A stretch of 32,000 bases of DNA from contig NZ_CP027570.1 of assembly GCF_003010495.1 (NCBI RefSeq), forward strand, positions 360,001 to 392,000, read 5' to 3'. This document shows, piece after piece, positions 1-7,754 of this stretch. The notes under the pieces are model-generated. The model was not told the DNA's origin. It was given only the letters and a program-made list of their open reading frames with translations, and did not search any database. The position numbers were made by a program, and so were the translations under genes. Source of the DNA: Megasphaera elsdenii DSM 20460. Lineage in GTDB: Bacteria > Bacillota > Negativicutes > Veillonellales > Megasphaeraceae. Each line of letters opens with the position of its first letter. Positions within the stretch are counted from its first letter, which is position 1.

Positions 1-198
1 ATCACGCAGTTTTTCCAGTTCTTCCTTGGTCATGGTAATACCTTTGGTCATGGCCTGGTAATCCGGGTCCCACGAGCGAAGGTCGAATTTCGGAGCCCGA
101 TTGTTCCAGCTGATGTACGTCAGTTCTTTGCGCCAGCCGTCTTTATTTTCCGACAGCGTCCCGCAAATATCTTCGATATTGAAATTTAACTGTGCCAT
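1..198 (-). CDS. PC4/YdbC-like single-stranded DNA-binding protein (C-terminal end runs off the window)
   Basis: Not in the ORF track. Minus-strand ATG at 196-198 with GGGAGG 6 nt upstream, open to coordinate 1. Translation: MAQLNFNIEDICGTLSENKDGWRKELTYISWNNRAPKFDLRSWDPDYQAMTKGITMTKEELEKLRD. The GW-KEL..ISWN...PK-D-R-W pattern recalls the bacterial YdbC/PC4 family. Confidence 0.55.
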   Translation of the reverse strand, partial: MAQLNFNIEDICGTLSENKDGWRKELTYISWNNRAPKFDLRSWDPDYQAMTKGITMTKEELEKLRD

Positions 199-272
199 TG
201 TATACCTCCCAATAGGTGTTCTCCCACCTGTGTTGTCATTTTCAGGTTAACGCTATAACCCAATTATTTTAT

Positions 273-300
273 ATAATAGCAAATATGCGCTGTATGTCAA
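273..300 (-). promoter_or_regulatory. putative sigma-70 promoter for the PC4-like gene
   Basis: On the minus strand: TTGACA (295-300), 16-nt spacer, TATTAT (273-278). It lies about 75 nt upstream of the ATG at 198. Confidence 0.4.
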
Positions 301-341
301 TACAGCAGATTCGCCAATTATGTCAAGCCTTTTTTGACTTT

Positions 342-1178
342 TTACCCATGCATTTTATGTCTTTTAAACAGGCCGCCGTGCGCTTCGCTGATATCAAAGA
401 CCGAGACGAAGGCATTGGAGTCGACACTGGTAATGGCATCGCGGATCTTAGTGACTTCCAGGCGCGACACGACGCAGTAGAGAATCATCGTCTTTTCCCG
501 CTTGTATGCGCCTTCGCCGTTGATGAGGGTCACGGCGCGGCCCATGTCTTTGGTCAGGCAGTCCGTGACTTGGTCGTGCTTGCCTGTGACGATGAGCATG
601 CCCTTCATTTCGTCGAGGCCGTTGGTGACGACGTCGATCATCTTATAGGCGATGAAGTATGCCACCAGGGAATACATGGCGCTGTCCCAGGAGAAGACGA
701 AGCCCGAACTGCCCAGGATGAAGAGGTTGAAGAACATGATCGTCTCGCCGACGGAAAAGGGCGTGCGCCTGTCGGCGATGATGGCCAGGACTTCCGTCCC
801 GTCCAGGGAGCCGCCCCAGCGGATGATGAGGCCCACGCCGAGACCAATGATGATGCCGCCGTAAATGGTCGACAAGAAGGGGTCCGACGTGACCGGTTCG
901 TAATGGATGAAATTGCTCCACCCGGACAGGCAGAGGATGGAAAAGAGCGAAGATACCGTAAAAAAGGCCCCTATCTTCTTATAGCCGAAGATGAAGAACG
1001 GGATGTTCAGGATGATGATGAACACGCTGAAACTGATACCCGTCAGCTGCGCGGCCATGAGGGCGATGCCGACGACGCCGCCGTCGATGACGTGGTTCGG
1101 GACCAGGAAGACGTCCAGGCCGATGGTGTAGATGAGAGCGCCAAAGGCCAGGCCCAGGGCACGCAAGATATATTTCAT
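342..1178 (-). CDS. YitT-family membrane protein with C-terminal DUF2179-like domain
   Basis: 278-aa ORF. ATG has GAGGAGGA 5 nt upstream and an ATGA start/stop overlap with the upstream gene (1175-1178). The N-terminal two thirds are multi-pass hydrophobic and the soluble tail (..VTLINGEGAYKREKTMILYCVVSRLEVTKIRDAI..) is typical of YitT proteins. Confidence 0.85.
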   Translation of the reverse strand: MKYILRALGLAFGALIYTIGLDVFLVPNHVIDGGVVGIALMAAQLTGISFSVFIIILNIPFFIFGYKKIGAFFTVSSLFSILCLSGWSNFIHYEPVTSDPFLSTIYGGIIIGLGVGLIIRWGGSLDGTEVLAIIADRRTPFSVGETIMFFNLFILGSSGFVFSWDSAMYSLVAYFIAYKMIDVVTNGLDEMKGMLIVTGKHDQVTDCLTKDMGRAVTLINGEGAYKREKTMILYCVVSRLEVTKIRDAITSVDSNAFVSVFDISEAHGGLFKRHKMHG

Positions 1179-1594
1179 GGATTTCCTCCTCGTTGTTTGG
1201 CTAAATAACGGCGGCCGATAATCCAGGCGACGAAATCATCGACCGGTTCCGGCGGATACTGGAAGGACAGGGGCACGAAGCGGCGCCAGCCCCTGCGCGG
1301 CGTGTATTTGAAGTAGAGCTTGCGCCCTTCGACAGTGGTGAATTTCTCGTCGGTCAGGGAAAAGGTGATATCCTGATGATCCCGGGCAATCCACTGCTCG
1401 ACCAGGGGCTGCAGCTTCTTGTGATTCGTCCCGTCGCCCATGACGATGTGGGAAAAGGGATGGGTTTCATAAACCCGGCTCAAATAATCGCCCAGCTCCG
1501 GCGTTGGCACGATGGCCTTGGTAACCAGGCTGCCATCTTCTGCGACGACAGCGGTCCCGGTCTTTTCCGAACCAGGATCAATAGCAAAGATCAA
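1175..1594 (-). CDS. RNase H-fold (RuvC/YqgF-like) putative nuclease
   Basis: 139-aa ORF. First codon is TTG with AAGGGGGAG 5 nt upstream, 12 nt after the DUF3084 stop. N-terminal IFAIDPGSEKTGTAVV resembles the first catalytic-Asp strand of RuvC/YqgF-type resolvase-like proteins. Confidence 0.55.
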   Translation of the reverse strand: MIFAIDPGSEKTGTAVVAEDGSLVTKAIVPTPELGDYLSRVYETHPFSHIVMGDGTNHKKLQPLVEQWIARDHQDITFSLTDEKFTTVEGRKLYFKYTPRRGWRRFVPLSFQYPPEPVDDFVAWIIGRRYLAKQRGGNP

Positions 1595-1606
1595 AATATC
1601 TCCCCC

Positions 1607-2866
1607 TTATTCATCGGCTTCTACGCGGATATCGATCTGCAACGGGCCGGCCGTGTAGGTATCGGTTTCAGTCACGGCTTTGAGGACGATATCGGAGCCG
1701 CCGTGATTCTTTATCTTGCTGATGGTTTCAAACATTTCCGTGGCCGTCAGGGCCCCGACATTCCCCGTCAGAGGGTTCGGCAGGAGGCCTTTCGCCTGGG
1801 CCTGCTGATTGACGTTATGGAGGAAGCGCATGACCTGTAATTCGGCATTGTTCGACAATTCCTGAGCCGTCAGCCGTTCTTCATAGACGACGTCGCCGCG
1901 GTGATAGATGAGGTTGTTGTCATACATTTCCACGTGGACCAGGGCCGGTTCGCCGAGCATGATGTTGCCGGCGGCGATGATACGGACCAGTTTCTGCGAC
2001 TTCCCGGCCTTCTGCAGGGCGTCGACAGTGGCATTGAACTCATCCGGCGAAATGTAGAGGAGGACTGTATTTTCATCGCGGACGCCGAGGTGGCGGCAGA
2101 TCATAGTATTGGTCTGGCTCATGGCTCGGCTCAGTTCTTCCCTCGTCTGGGCCTGGCTCAGGCCGCCGTTGAGGACATTACTGGACAGGACTTCGCCGAC
2201 GCGGAAGACGACGGTCCCTTCGCGGATATTAGTCATCGTTTCATTGAGCAGCTTGATACGCTTGTCGAGGACGTCGATGGTGCTCATCATCTTCTGCTTC
2301 GTTTCTTCCAGCAGAGCTACGTCCTGGCGGGCCTTTTCACTGTCGGCCAGGGCCGAGTCGCGCTGCTTCTTGGCTTCGTCCATGGCGACCTGGATGACCG
2401 TCAGCTGACGGGCCTTGTCGTCGCGGGCCGACTGGGCCTGCTGCAAGTCGAGCTGCGTCGTCCGGATTTCCTCGTTCTTGCCATCCAGTTGTTCCTGCTG
2501 CTTCTTCAGCAATTCTTCATTGGAAGCGATGAGGTTGTTCTTGTCATCCAATTCCTGCCCCAACTCCTTAGCCTGCTGCAGCAGTTCGTCGCGCTGGGCT
2601 TCGAGCTGGGCCTTCTGCATCTGCAGCTGGTGCATGCCGAACAAGGCAATGCGGACATTTTCCGACAAAATAGACATGACGCCTAAGGTGATGACGGCAA
2701 TGCTGATACCCGTCAGGATCGTGACCAGGATGGACGTATATTTCGGGCGCAAGCCGAATAATTTAATTTTCTGTTTCCCTACCCGGGAGCCGATCTTATC
2801 ACCGAGATAAGCGATAATCCCGCCCATAACAGACAAGACGATCAGCATGACCCATCCGTATTCCAT
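1607..2866 (-). CDS. DUF3084-like membrane-anchored coiled-coil protein
   Basis: 419-aa ORF, ATG preceded by AAAGGTGGTG. Two N-terminal TM helices flank a K/R-rich loop (GDKIGSRVGKQKIKLFGLRPKYT). About 140 aa of Q/E/K/L-rich heptad-like coiled coil follow, then a roughly 200-aa globular C-terminal domain. Confidence 0.7.
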   Translation of the reverse strand: MEYGWVMLIVLSVMGGIIAYLGDKIGSRVGKQKIKLFGLRPKYTSILVTILTGISIAVITLGVMSILSENVRIALFGMHQLQMQKAQLEAQRDELLQQAKELGQELDDKNNLIASNEELLKKQQEQLDGKNEEIRTTQLDLQQAQSARDDKARQLTVIQVAMDEAKKQRDSALADSEKARQDVALLEETKQKMMSTIDVLDKRIKLLNETMTNIREGTVVFRVGEVLSSNVLNGGLSQAQTREELSRAMSQTNTMICRHLGVRDENTVLLYISPDEFNATVDALQKAGKSQKLVRIIAAGNIMLGEPALVHVEMYDNNLIYHRGDVVYEERLTAQELSNNAELQVMRFLHNVNQQAQAKGLLPNPLTGNVGALTATEMFETISKIKNHGGSDIVLKAVTETDTYTAGPLQIDIRVEADE

Positions 2867-2902
2867 AAGACACCACCTTTGCTCATATCTTTATATCATT
2901 AT

Positions 2903-2932
2903 ATTATAGCCTATAACAGCCCTGGCCTGCAA
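2903..2932 (-). promoter_or_regulatory. putative sigma-70 promoter of the DUF3084 / nuclease-like / yitT operon
   Basis: On the minus strand: TTGCAG (2927-2932), 18-nt spacer, TATAAT (2903-2908). It lies about 37 nt upstream of the ATG at 2866. The -35 sits inside a small GCCCT..AGGGC hairpin. Confidence 0.5.
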
Positions 2933-2945
2933 GGGCCGTCCTGCC

Positions 2946-2994
2946 CTAGCCGTCAGCCGTCCGTAACTAACCCCTAACTGCTAATCCCTAAAAA
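2946..2994. repeat. degenerate heptamer tandem array (7 units)
   Basis: CTAGCCG TCAGCCG TCCGTAA CTAACCC CTAACTG CTAATCC CTAAAAA. Six of the seven units start CTA or TCA, and phasing is strictly 7 nt. The minus strand reads TTAGGGA TTAGCAG TTAGGGG TTAGTTA. Confidence 0.7.
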
Positions 2995-3149
2995 GGGGCT
3001 GCCGCACGAAGGCTTCTACCATCATGCTAGGTCCCCTTTTTCTTAAATGTTTGAGGCGATGGCTTTTAAATTTTGTCCCCTCCACATCAAACTTTCAACT
3101 TCAAACTTCAAACTCAAAAAGGGCTTGTCGTCATGCGACAAACCCTTTT
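2990..3149 (-). repeat. composite palindromic intergenic element, copy A (inverted relative to copies B and C)
   Basis: Read on the minus strand, the order is as follows. Hairpin AAAAGGGTTTGTCGCATGACGACAAGCCCTTTTT, then GAG. Then TTTGAAG TTTGAAG TTGAAAG TTTGATG. Then a core ..AAATTTAAAAGCCATC.. followed by CTCAAAC. Finally a second, disrupted A5GGGG...CCCCT5 hairpin (2990-3041). Order and sequence parallel 19167-19319. Confidence 0.6.
3116..3149 (-). terminator. rho-independent-type terminator after lptF/G (conserved-apex hairpin family)
   Basis: A5 (3116-3120), stem GGGCTTGTCG (3121-3130), loop TCATG, stem CGACAAACCC (3136-3145), T4 (3146-3149). 9 of 10 positions pair. It begins 2 nt after the lptF/G stop, and A/T tracts on both sides make it potentially bidirectional. 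Confidence 0.7.
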
Positions 3150-3151
3150 CC

Positions 3152-4240
3152 TCACTTCGATTTTCTATAGACTAAGATGACGCCGGCGATGCCGCAGATG
3201 ATGTCTGGCAGGAAGGCGGCGATGTACGGCGGTATCTTGCCGCCGTTGCCCAAGGCATTGCCCAGGGTCATGATGGAATAGTAAATAAAGATGACGACGA
3301 CGCTGATGCCGAAGCCGATGGACGAACTGCCGCGCTGTTTCTGCATCCCCAGGGGAGCGCCGACGATGGCACAGACCAGGCTGGCCAGGGGCAGGGCAAA
3401 GCGGTTGTACATTTCGACTTTCATCTTATTGGTATTGACCGAGTTCTGGTCCAGGAGCTTGATCTGTTCCCGCAATTCGCGAATCGTCAATTCATCTGGT
3501 TTCTTCTGGGACGCATTGATCTTATTCGGCTTCTGCGTGATCGGCAGGGCCTGGTTCTGGAACTTCAAGGACCGCGTCGTCTGTTCATTGGCCGATACGT
3601 CGTATATCATGCCTTCGTGCATGATCCATTTCTGGCCGTTCCAGTCGGCCCGGTCAGCCTGTTCGACGCGCATGAGCGTATCATTTTCAAATTCCTGGAC
3701 GGTAATATCCTTGAGCTGCTTCGTATTGGCGTCATATTGACGGGCATACATGAGGCTGGAGATATCCGATCCCTTGGTATTCTTGATGATGATATGGTCC
3801 TGCGTCGTCGGCGCGACGTTGTGTTTGATTTCTTCATTGATGATCGTATTGTAGGCATTATTGGCCTTAGGCACGACGTATTCATTGAAGGCCGTCGCCC
3901 CGATGGAAATGAAGAAAGCCGCCACGAAGATCGGCATGGCCAGGCGGATGAAATTCTGCCCGCCAGCCCGCATGACGATCATTTCACTGGAGCTGGACAA
4001 GCGGCCAAAGGCCATGAGCGATCCCAAGAGGACAGACATGGGAAAGGTGACGACGATGATCGACGGCATAGCCAGGACGAAGACGCGGAACGCGGCCCAG
4101 GCCGAAGCCCCGTACTGGTTGATTAAGTTGGCAATACGGTAGAGCGTCCCCGTGCCGACGAAGACCGCTGTAAAAGCACAGACGCCAAACAAAAAGGGGC
4201 CAATAAATTCTTTTAATATATACTTATCTAATATTCGCAT
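3152..4240 (-). CDS. LptF/LptG-family LPS export permease (YjgP/YjgQ)
   Basis: 362-aa ORF, ATG with GGGAG 6 nt upstream, 13 nt after the lptB stop. The N-terminus MRILDKYILKEFIGPFLFGV is typical of the family. Layout is three TM helices, a roughly 140-aa periplasmic insert, then three TM helices. Confidence 0.85.
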   Translation of the reverse strand: MRILDKYILKEFIGPFLFGVCAFTAVFVGTGTLYRIANLINQYGASAWAAFRVFVLAMPSIIVVTFPMSVLLGSLMAFGRLSSSSEMIVMRAGGQNFIRLAMPIFVAAFFISIGATAFNEYVVPKANNAYNTIINEEIKHNVAPTTQDHIIIKNTKGSDISSLMYARQYDANTKQLKDITVQEFENDTLMRVEQADRADWNGQKWIMHEGMIYDVSANEQTTRSLKFQNQALPITQKPNKINASQKKPDELTIRELREQIKLLDQNSVNTNKMKVEMYNRFALPLASLVCAIVGAPLGMQKQRGSSSIGFGISVVVIFIYYSIMTLGNALGNGGKIPPYIAAFLPDIICGIAGVILVYRKSK

Positions 4241-4253
4241 TCCATACTCCCTG

Positions 4254-4973
4254 TTACATCCTAAATTCTTCGCCTAAGTAGAATTTCTTGGCTATCGGGT
4301 CATTGGCAATCATTTCCGGGCTGCCTTCGAGGAGAATCTTCCCTTCACTCAAAATATAGGCCTTATCGACGATGCTCAGCGTTTCCCGGACGTTGTGGTC
4401 GGTAATGAGGACGCCCATACCGCGGTTCTTCAAATGGCTGATGATGCCCTGGATATCGTTGACGGCCAGGGGGTCGATGCCGGCAAAAGGTTCATCGAGG
4501 AGGATGAATGCCGGGTCCATGACCAGGCAGCGGGCAATCTCGACGCGGCGCCGTTCGCCGCCGGAAAGCTGGATACCCAGGCGGTCGCGGAGCTGGGTGA
4601 TGGAAAATTCTTCCATCAAGGCCTCTGCCTTTTCACGCTGTTCCTTCTTGCTGAGTTTCGTCGTCTCCAGCATGGCCAGGAGGTTATCTTCGACGGTGAG
4701 CTTGCGGAAAATCGACGCTTCCTGGGGCAGATAGCCGATGCCATAGGCGGCCCGCTTATGGATGGGGAGGCGGGTGATGTCCTTGCCGTCGATGGTGATT
4801 TTCCCCGCCGTCGGCCGTTCGATGCCGACGATCATGTAGAACGTCGTCGTCTTGCCGGCACCGTTCGGCCCCAGGAGGCCGACAATCTGCCCTTGGTCGA
4901 CGCGGATGCTGACGCCGTTGACGGCATTCCGTTCTTTATACGCTTTTACGAGATCTTCAGTCTGAATAAACAT
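4254..4973 (-). CDS. lptB: LPS export ABC transporter ATP-binding protein LptB
   Basis: 239 aa. Walker A GPNGAGKTT, signature LSGGERRRVEIAR, Walker B ILLDEPFAGIDP. Sits immediately after lptC-lptA as in Proteobacteria. Confidence 0.93.
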   Translation of the reverse strand: MFIQTEDLVKAYKERNAVNGVSIRVDQGQIVGLLGPNGAGKTTTFYMIVGIERPTAGKITIDGKDITRLPIHKRAAYGIGYLPQEASIFRKLTVEDNLLAMLETTKLSKKEQREKAEALMEEFSITQLRDRLGIQLSGGERRRVEIARCLVMDPAFILLDEPFAGIDPLAVNDIQGIISHLKNRGMGVLITDHNVRETLSIVDKAYILSEGKILLEGSPEMIANDPIAKKFYLGEEFRM

Positions 4974-4988
4974 AGGTACCCCTTACTC

Positions 4989-5738
4989 TTACGGATTACT
5001 GCCCGGTACGATGACGATGGTCGACCGGCTCCGGGTCTGGACGGAATTATCGGCCAGGCGGATATCGACGTTGTCACCATTGAGGGAATTGCCATTCTGG
5101 GTAGCATTGACGTTCCCCGTCAAGCGAATGACGCCGTCATTCTGACCTGGTGTCTGGGTATAGACGGCTTGGTTGGCATAAGCGACGAGGTTTTCTGCTG
5201 GCGATTCGATGTGGACGTTGCCCGTACCGACGGCCTTTATCTGTTTGAACCAGGCATCGATATGGTCAGCCCACATCTGCGACCCCTGGGCTTCGAGATA
5301 GCCGTTGCCCGTGACGATGCCGTAATCCTGGTCGAGGTAGTATTCGACTTTATCGCCATTGACTTTCTTATCGTCGTAGACGCCGCGGACATTGCCGGTA
5401 GCAACGACGTAATTCTTATTCGTAGAATGGACTTTATCGGCGTTGAGCTGCATATCCGGTTGCTGAATCGATACGTTGCCTTCCATGTCGGCTTCGGCCG
5501 TCCTGAGGTTGTAGACGGCTTTATTGCCGGTCATCGTAGCCTGGTCGCGGACGATGACGACATTGCCCGTCGCCGTAGCGACCTGGGTCTTGCCGTTATA
5601 TTCCAGCGTGTCTGCCGTAACGGATACGGCAGGATTGCCATTGTTATCCGCTGCCACGGCGCCGACGGCCGGCAGGACCATGGCTCCCAGGAGGGCGGCC
5701 ACAGCCAGTTTCTTTCCAAGTAATTCCATCATAGTCAT
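4989..5738 (-). CDS. lptA: LptA/OstA-family periplasmic LPS transport protein
   Basis: 249 aa. Signal peptide KKLAVAALLGAMVLPAVGAVA/AD. Repeated beta-jellyroll strands carry a TGNV motif (ATGNVVI, ATGNVRG, GTGNVHI, LTGNVNA). ATGA overlap with the lptC stop. Alternative ATGs 2-3 codons in have better SD spacing. Confidence 0.78.
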   Translation of the reverse strand: MTMMELLGKKLAVAALLGAMVLPAVGAVAADNNGNPAVSVTADTLEYNGKTQVATATGNVVIVRDQATMTGNKAVYNLRTAEADMEGNVSIQQPDMQLNADKVHSTNKNYVVATGNVRGVYDDKKVNGDKVEYYLDQDYGIVTGNGYLEAQGSQMWADHIDAWFKQIKAVGTGNVHIESPAENLVAYANQAVYTQTPGQNDGVIRLTGNVNATQNGNSLNGDNVDIRLADNSVQTRSRSTIVIVPGSNP

Positions 5739-6289
5739 TCTCCCTTTGTCACCTGCGCATGGCCAGTCAGCTTTACGTTGGTCAGGCTGCTGTCCGTTTC
5801 AAAGGCATCGGCTTTGAGCGACGTCTTATCATGGCGGTCCATGACGACTTTGCCGCCTTTGATCATACGCGTATCCATATTATAATACACACTGCCGTCG
5901 GTCTGCAACGTATCGCCCTTATCGGTTTCCGCTTTGACCGGCGGTTTGATTTCGATGGTCCGCTTCTGACGGTCGACGACGCCTTTATCCGACGTAATGG
6001 TCATCTGTGTCCCGTCTTCGGCGATGACCAGGGCCTTGGGATTGGTGAAATACATGATCTGCGTGTCCGGGTCGATCTGGATCTTATCGGCTGTCAATTT
6101 CCAGACGAGCTGGCCCTCCTTCTTTTCTTCCAGCTCCGTCCCTTCAAATTCGACGAGCTTATCCGGGCTGACCATCGGGTCTTCCGTCTTCTGGGGATGC
6201 ATGAAAACGTAGAGCATGACGGCGAAGGCGATGACGACGACGGCGGCAATGATGGAAATTTTATTCTTTTTCAGCTTTTCTGCTATCAT
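5735..6289 (-). CDS. lptC: LptC-like membrane-anchored LPS export protein
   Basis: 184 aa. Single N-terminal TM helix (ISIIAAVVVIAFAVMLYVF) followed by a beta-rich periplasmic domain. Position directly upstream of lptA-lptB. GGAGG lies 9 nt upstream of the ATG. Confidence 0.7.
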   Translation of the reverse strand: MIAEKLKKNKISIIAAVVVIAFAVMLYVFMHPQKTEDPMVSPDKLVEFEGTELEEKKEGQLVWKLTADKIQIDPDTQIMYFTNPKALVIAEDGTQMTITSDKGVVDRQKRTIEIKPPVKAETDKGDTLQTDGSVYYNMDTRMIKGGKVVMDRHDKTSLKADAFETDSSLTNVKLTGHAQVTKGE

Positions 6290-7199
6290 CGGTATGCGCC
6301 TCCGGTTTCTGCTGCAACGCTATGATTTCTTCCGGTTCTGTACTCCAGCGGTGCTGGAACCACAGCCATTCTGTCGGATGTTCTTTGATGAATTGCTCTG
6401 TGACCACAGCCATCTTGCGGGTCATGCGGGCAATATCTTCTTCTTTATTCCCCGTATCTTCAAAGTGCATGACCTCGCCGATCATCAAATGGGTCCGATG
6501 GTTTTCGTCATGGACGGGAAAGACCGGCACGATGGGGGAATGGAATTTCTGGGCAAACATGGCCGGCCCCTTAGGCGTCGAGCTCATCTTGCCCAAGAAC
6601 GGCTGAGGAACGCCGTGGAAGCCGCCGTCCTGGTCGGCCAGGAAGCCCAGGAGCTTCTTGCGCTTCAAGGCACGGGCAGCGATGATCATTTCATTGCCGC
6701 CGCGGGCAAAGACTTCCAGCCCCATGCCTTCACGGTTTTCGTTGAGCAGGCGCGTGACGGCGTCGTTGGCCTGATTCTTGACGATGGTCGACGCCGGATA
6801 GCCGTACATGGCCAGGGCGCCGAGCCATTCCCAGTTGCCCATATGGGCCGTCAGGACGATGACGCCCTTCCCTTCCTTCACGGCCTCATCGAGGCGTTCC
6901 GGATGTTCCAGGGTGACATAGTCGCGGATATTCCCGGGGTTCAGATTAGGCGTATAGAGGATTTCCATGAGCGACTGGCCGAGGTTGCGAAAGACTTCGG
7001 TCATGATGCGTTCCGCTTCTTCCCGGCTACATTCCAGGCCGCGCTGGATCTGGAAAATCCCACGGTTGCGCTGCTTCTTCATCAACTTTCCTACGAGAGG
7101 GCCTAGTTTGCGACCCAAGGAAATGATAAACGGATAGGGCAGATGACAGAGGATCTTGCCAAATCCGCGCGCAGCATGGTACTGCCATTCCTTACTCAC
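6261..7199 (-). CDS. lipid A late acyltransferase, LpxL/HtrB (lysophospholipid acyltransferase) family
   Basis: 312 aa. GTG start with GGAAAGGAGAG 8 nt upstream. Acyltransferase HX4E motif in LTAHMGNWEW. Embedded between kdsC and lptC. The 3' end overlaps lptC by 29 nt. Confidence 0.78.
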   Translation of the reverse strand: MSKEWQYHAARGFGKILCHLPYPFIISLGRKLGPLVGKLMKKQRNRGIFQIQRGLECSREEAERIMTEVFRNLGQSLMEILYTPNLNPGNIRDYVTLEHPERLDEAVKEGKGVIVLTAHMGNWEWLGALAMYGYPASTIVKNQANDAVTRLLNENREGMGLEVFARGGNEMIIAARALKRKKLLGFLADQDGGFHGVPQPFLGKMSSTPKGPAMFAQKFHSPIVPVFPVHDENHRTHLMIGEVMHFEDTGNKEEDIARMTRKMAVVTEQFIKEHPTEWLWFQHRWSTEPEEIIALQQKPEAHTDDSRKAEKE

Positions 7200-7217
7200 A
7201 ATACAGACTCTCCTTTC

Positions 7218-7754
7218 CTATTGGCGCAACGTAAGGCTCCCATCGCCTAAATAACGGCTCAGGACCTTGTCCCAGACATGCTGGCTCTTCAAGATATATT
7301 CGGCAAATTCCCGCAGGGCCCCGTGGCCGCCAGGATAGGCCGAAACGAAAGCGGCCGACCGCCGGGCTTCTTCGCAGGCATCGAGGGGCGCTGCACCGAA
7401 ACCGGCATTGGCAATAAGCTCGACGTCATTCAAGTCGTCGCCCATATAGGCCACTTCGTCGAGGGACAGGCCGATTTCACTGCACAACTGCTGCATGGCC
7501 AGGAGCTTGCGCGAGCAGTCCTGCAGGACGTAGTCGATATGCAGGTCTTTCGCCCGCTGTTCGACCATGGGCGACCGGCGTCCCGTGACCAGGGCCGTCT
7601 TGAGGCCGGCAGCCCGGATGAGGGAAATGCCCATGCCGTCGCGGGCGGAAAAGCCCTTCATGGCATCGCCGGACGGGCTGTAATAGATGATGCCGTCGGT
7701 CATGACGCCATCGACGTCGAGGGCCAGCATCTTGATATGTGTCAAAAAGCTCAT
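7218..7754 (-). CDS. kdsC: 3-deoxy-D-manno-octulosonate 8-phosphate phosphatase KdsC (HAD-IIIA)
   Basis: 178 aa. HAD motifs LALDVDGVMTDG and YMGDDLNDV. TGATG stop/start overlap with kdsD. Confidence 0.9.
   Translation of the reverse strand: MSFLTHIKMLALDVDGVMTDGIIYYSPSGDAMKGFSARDGMGISLIRAAGLKTALVTGRRSPMVEQRAKDLHIDYVLQDCSRKLLAMQQLCSEIGLSLDEVAYMGDDLNDVELIANAGFGAAPLDACEEARRSAAFVSAYPGGHGALREFAEYILKSQHVWDKVLSRYLGDGSLTLRQ

Noticed and set aside
2946-2994. Telomere-like TTAGGG repeats on the minus strand.
   Set aside because: Only two imperfect TTAGGG(G/A) units occur among other 7-nt words. The locus is internal and lies between two operons. The resemblance is considered coincidental.
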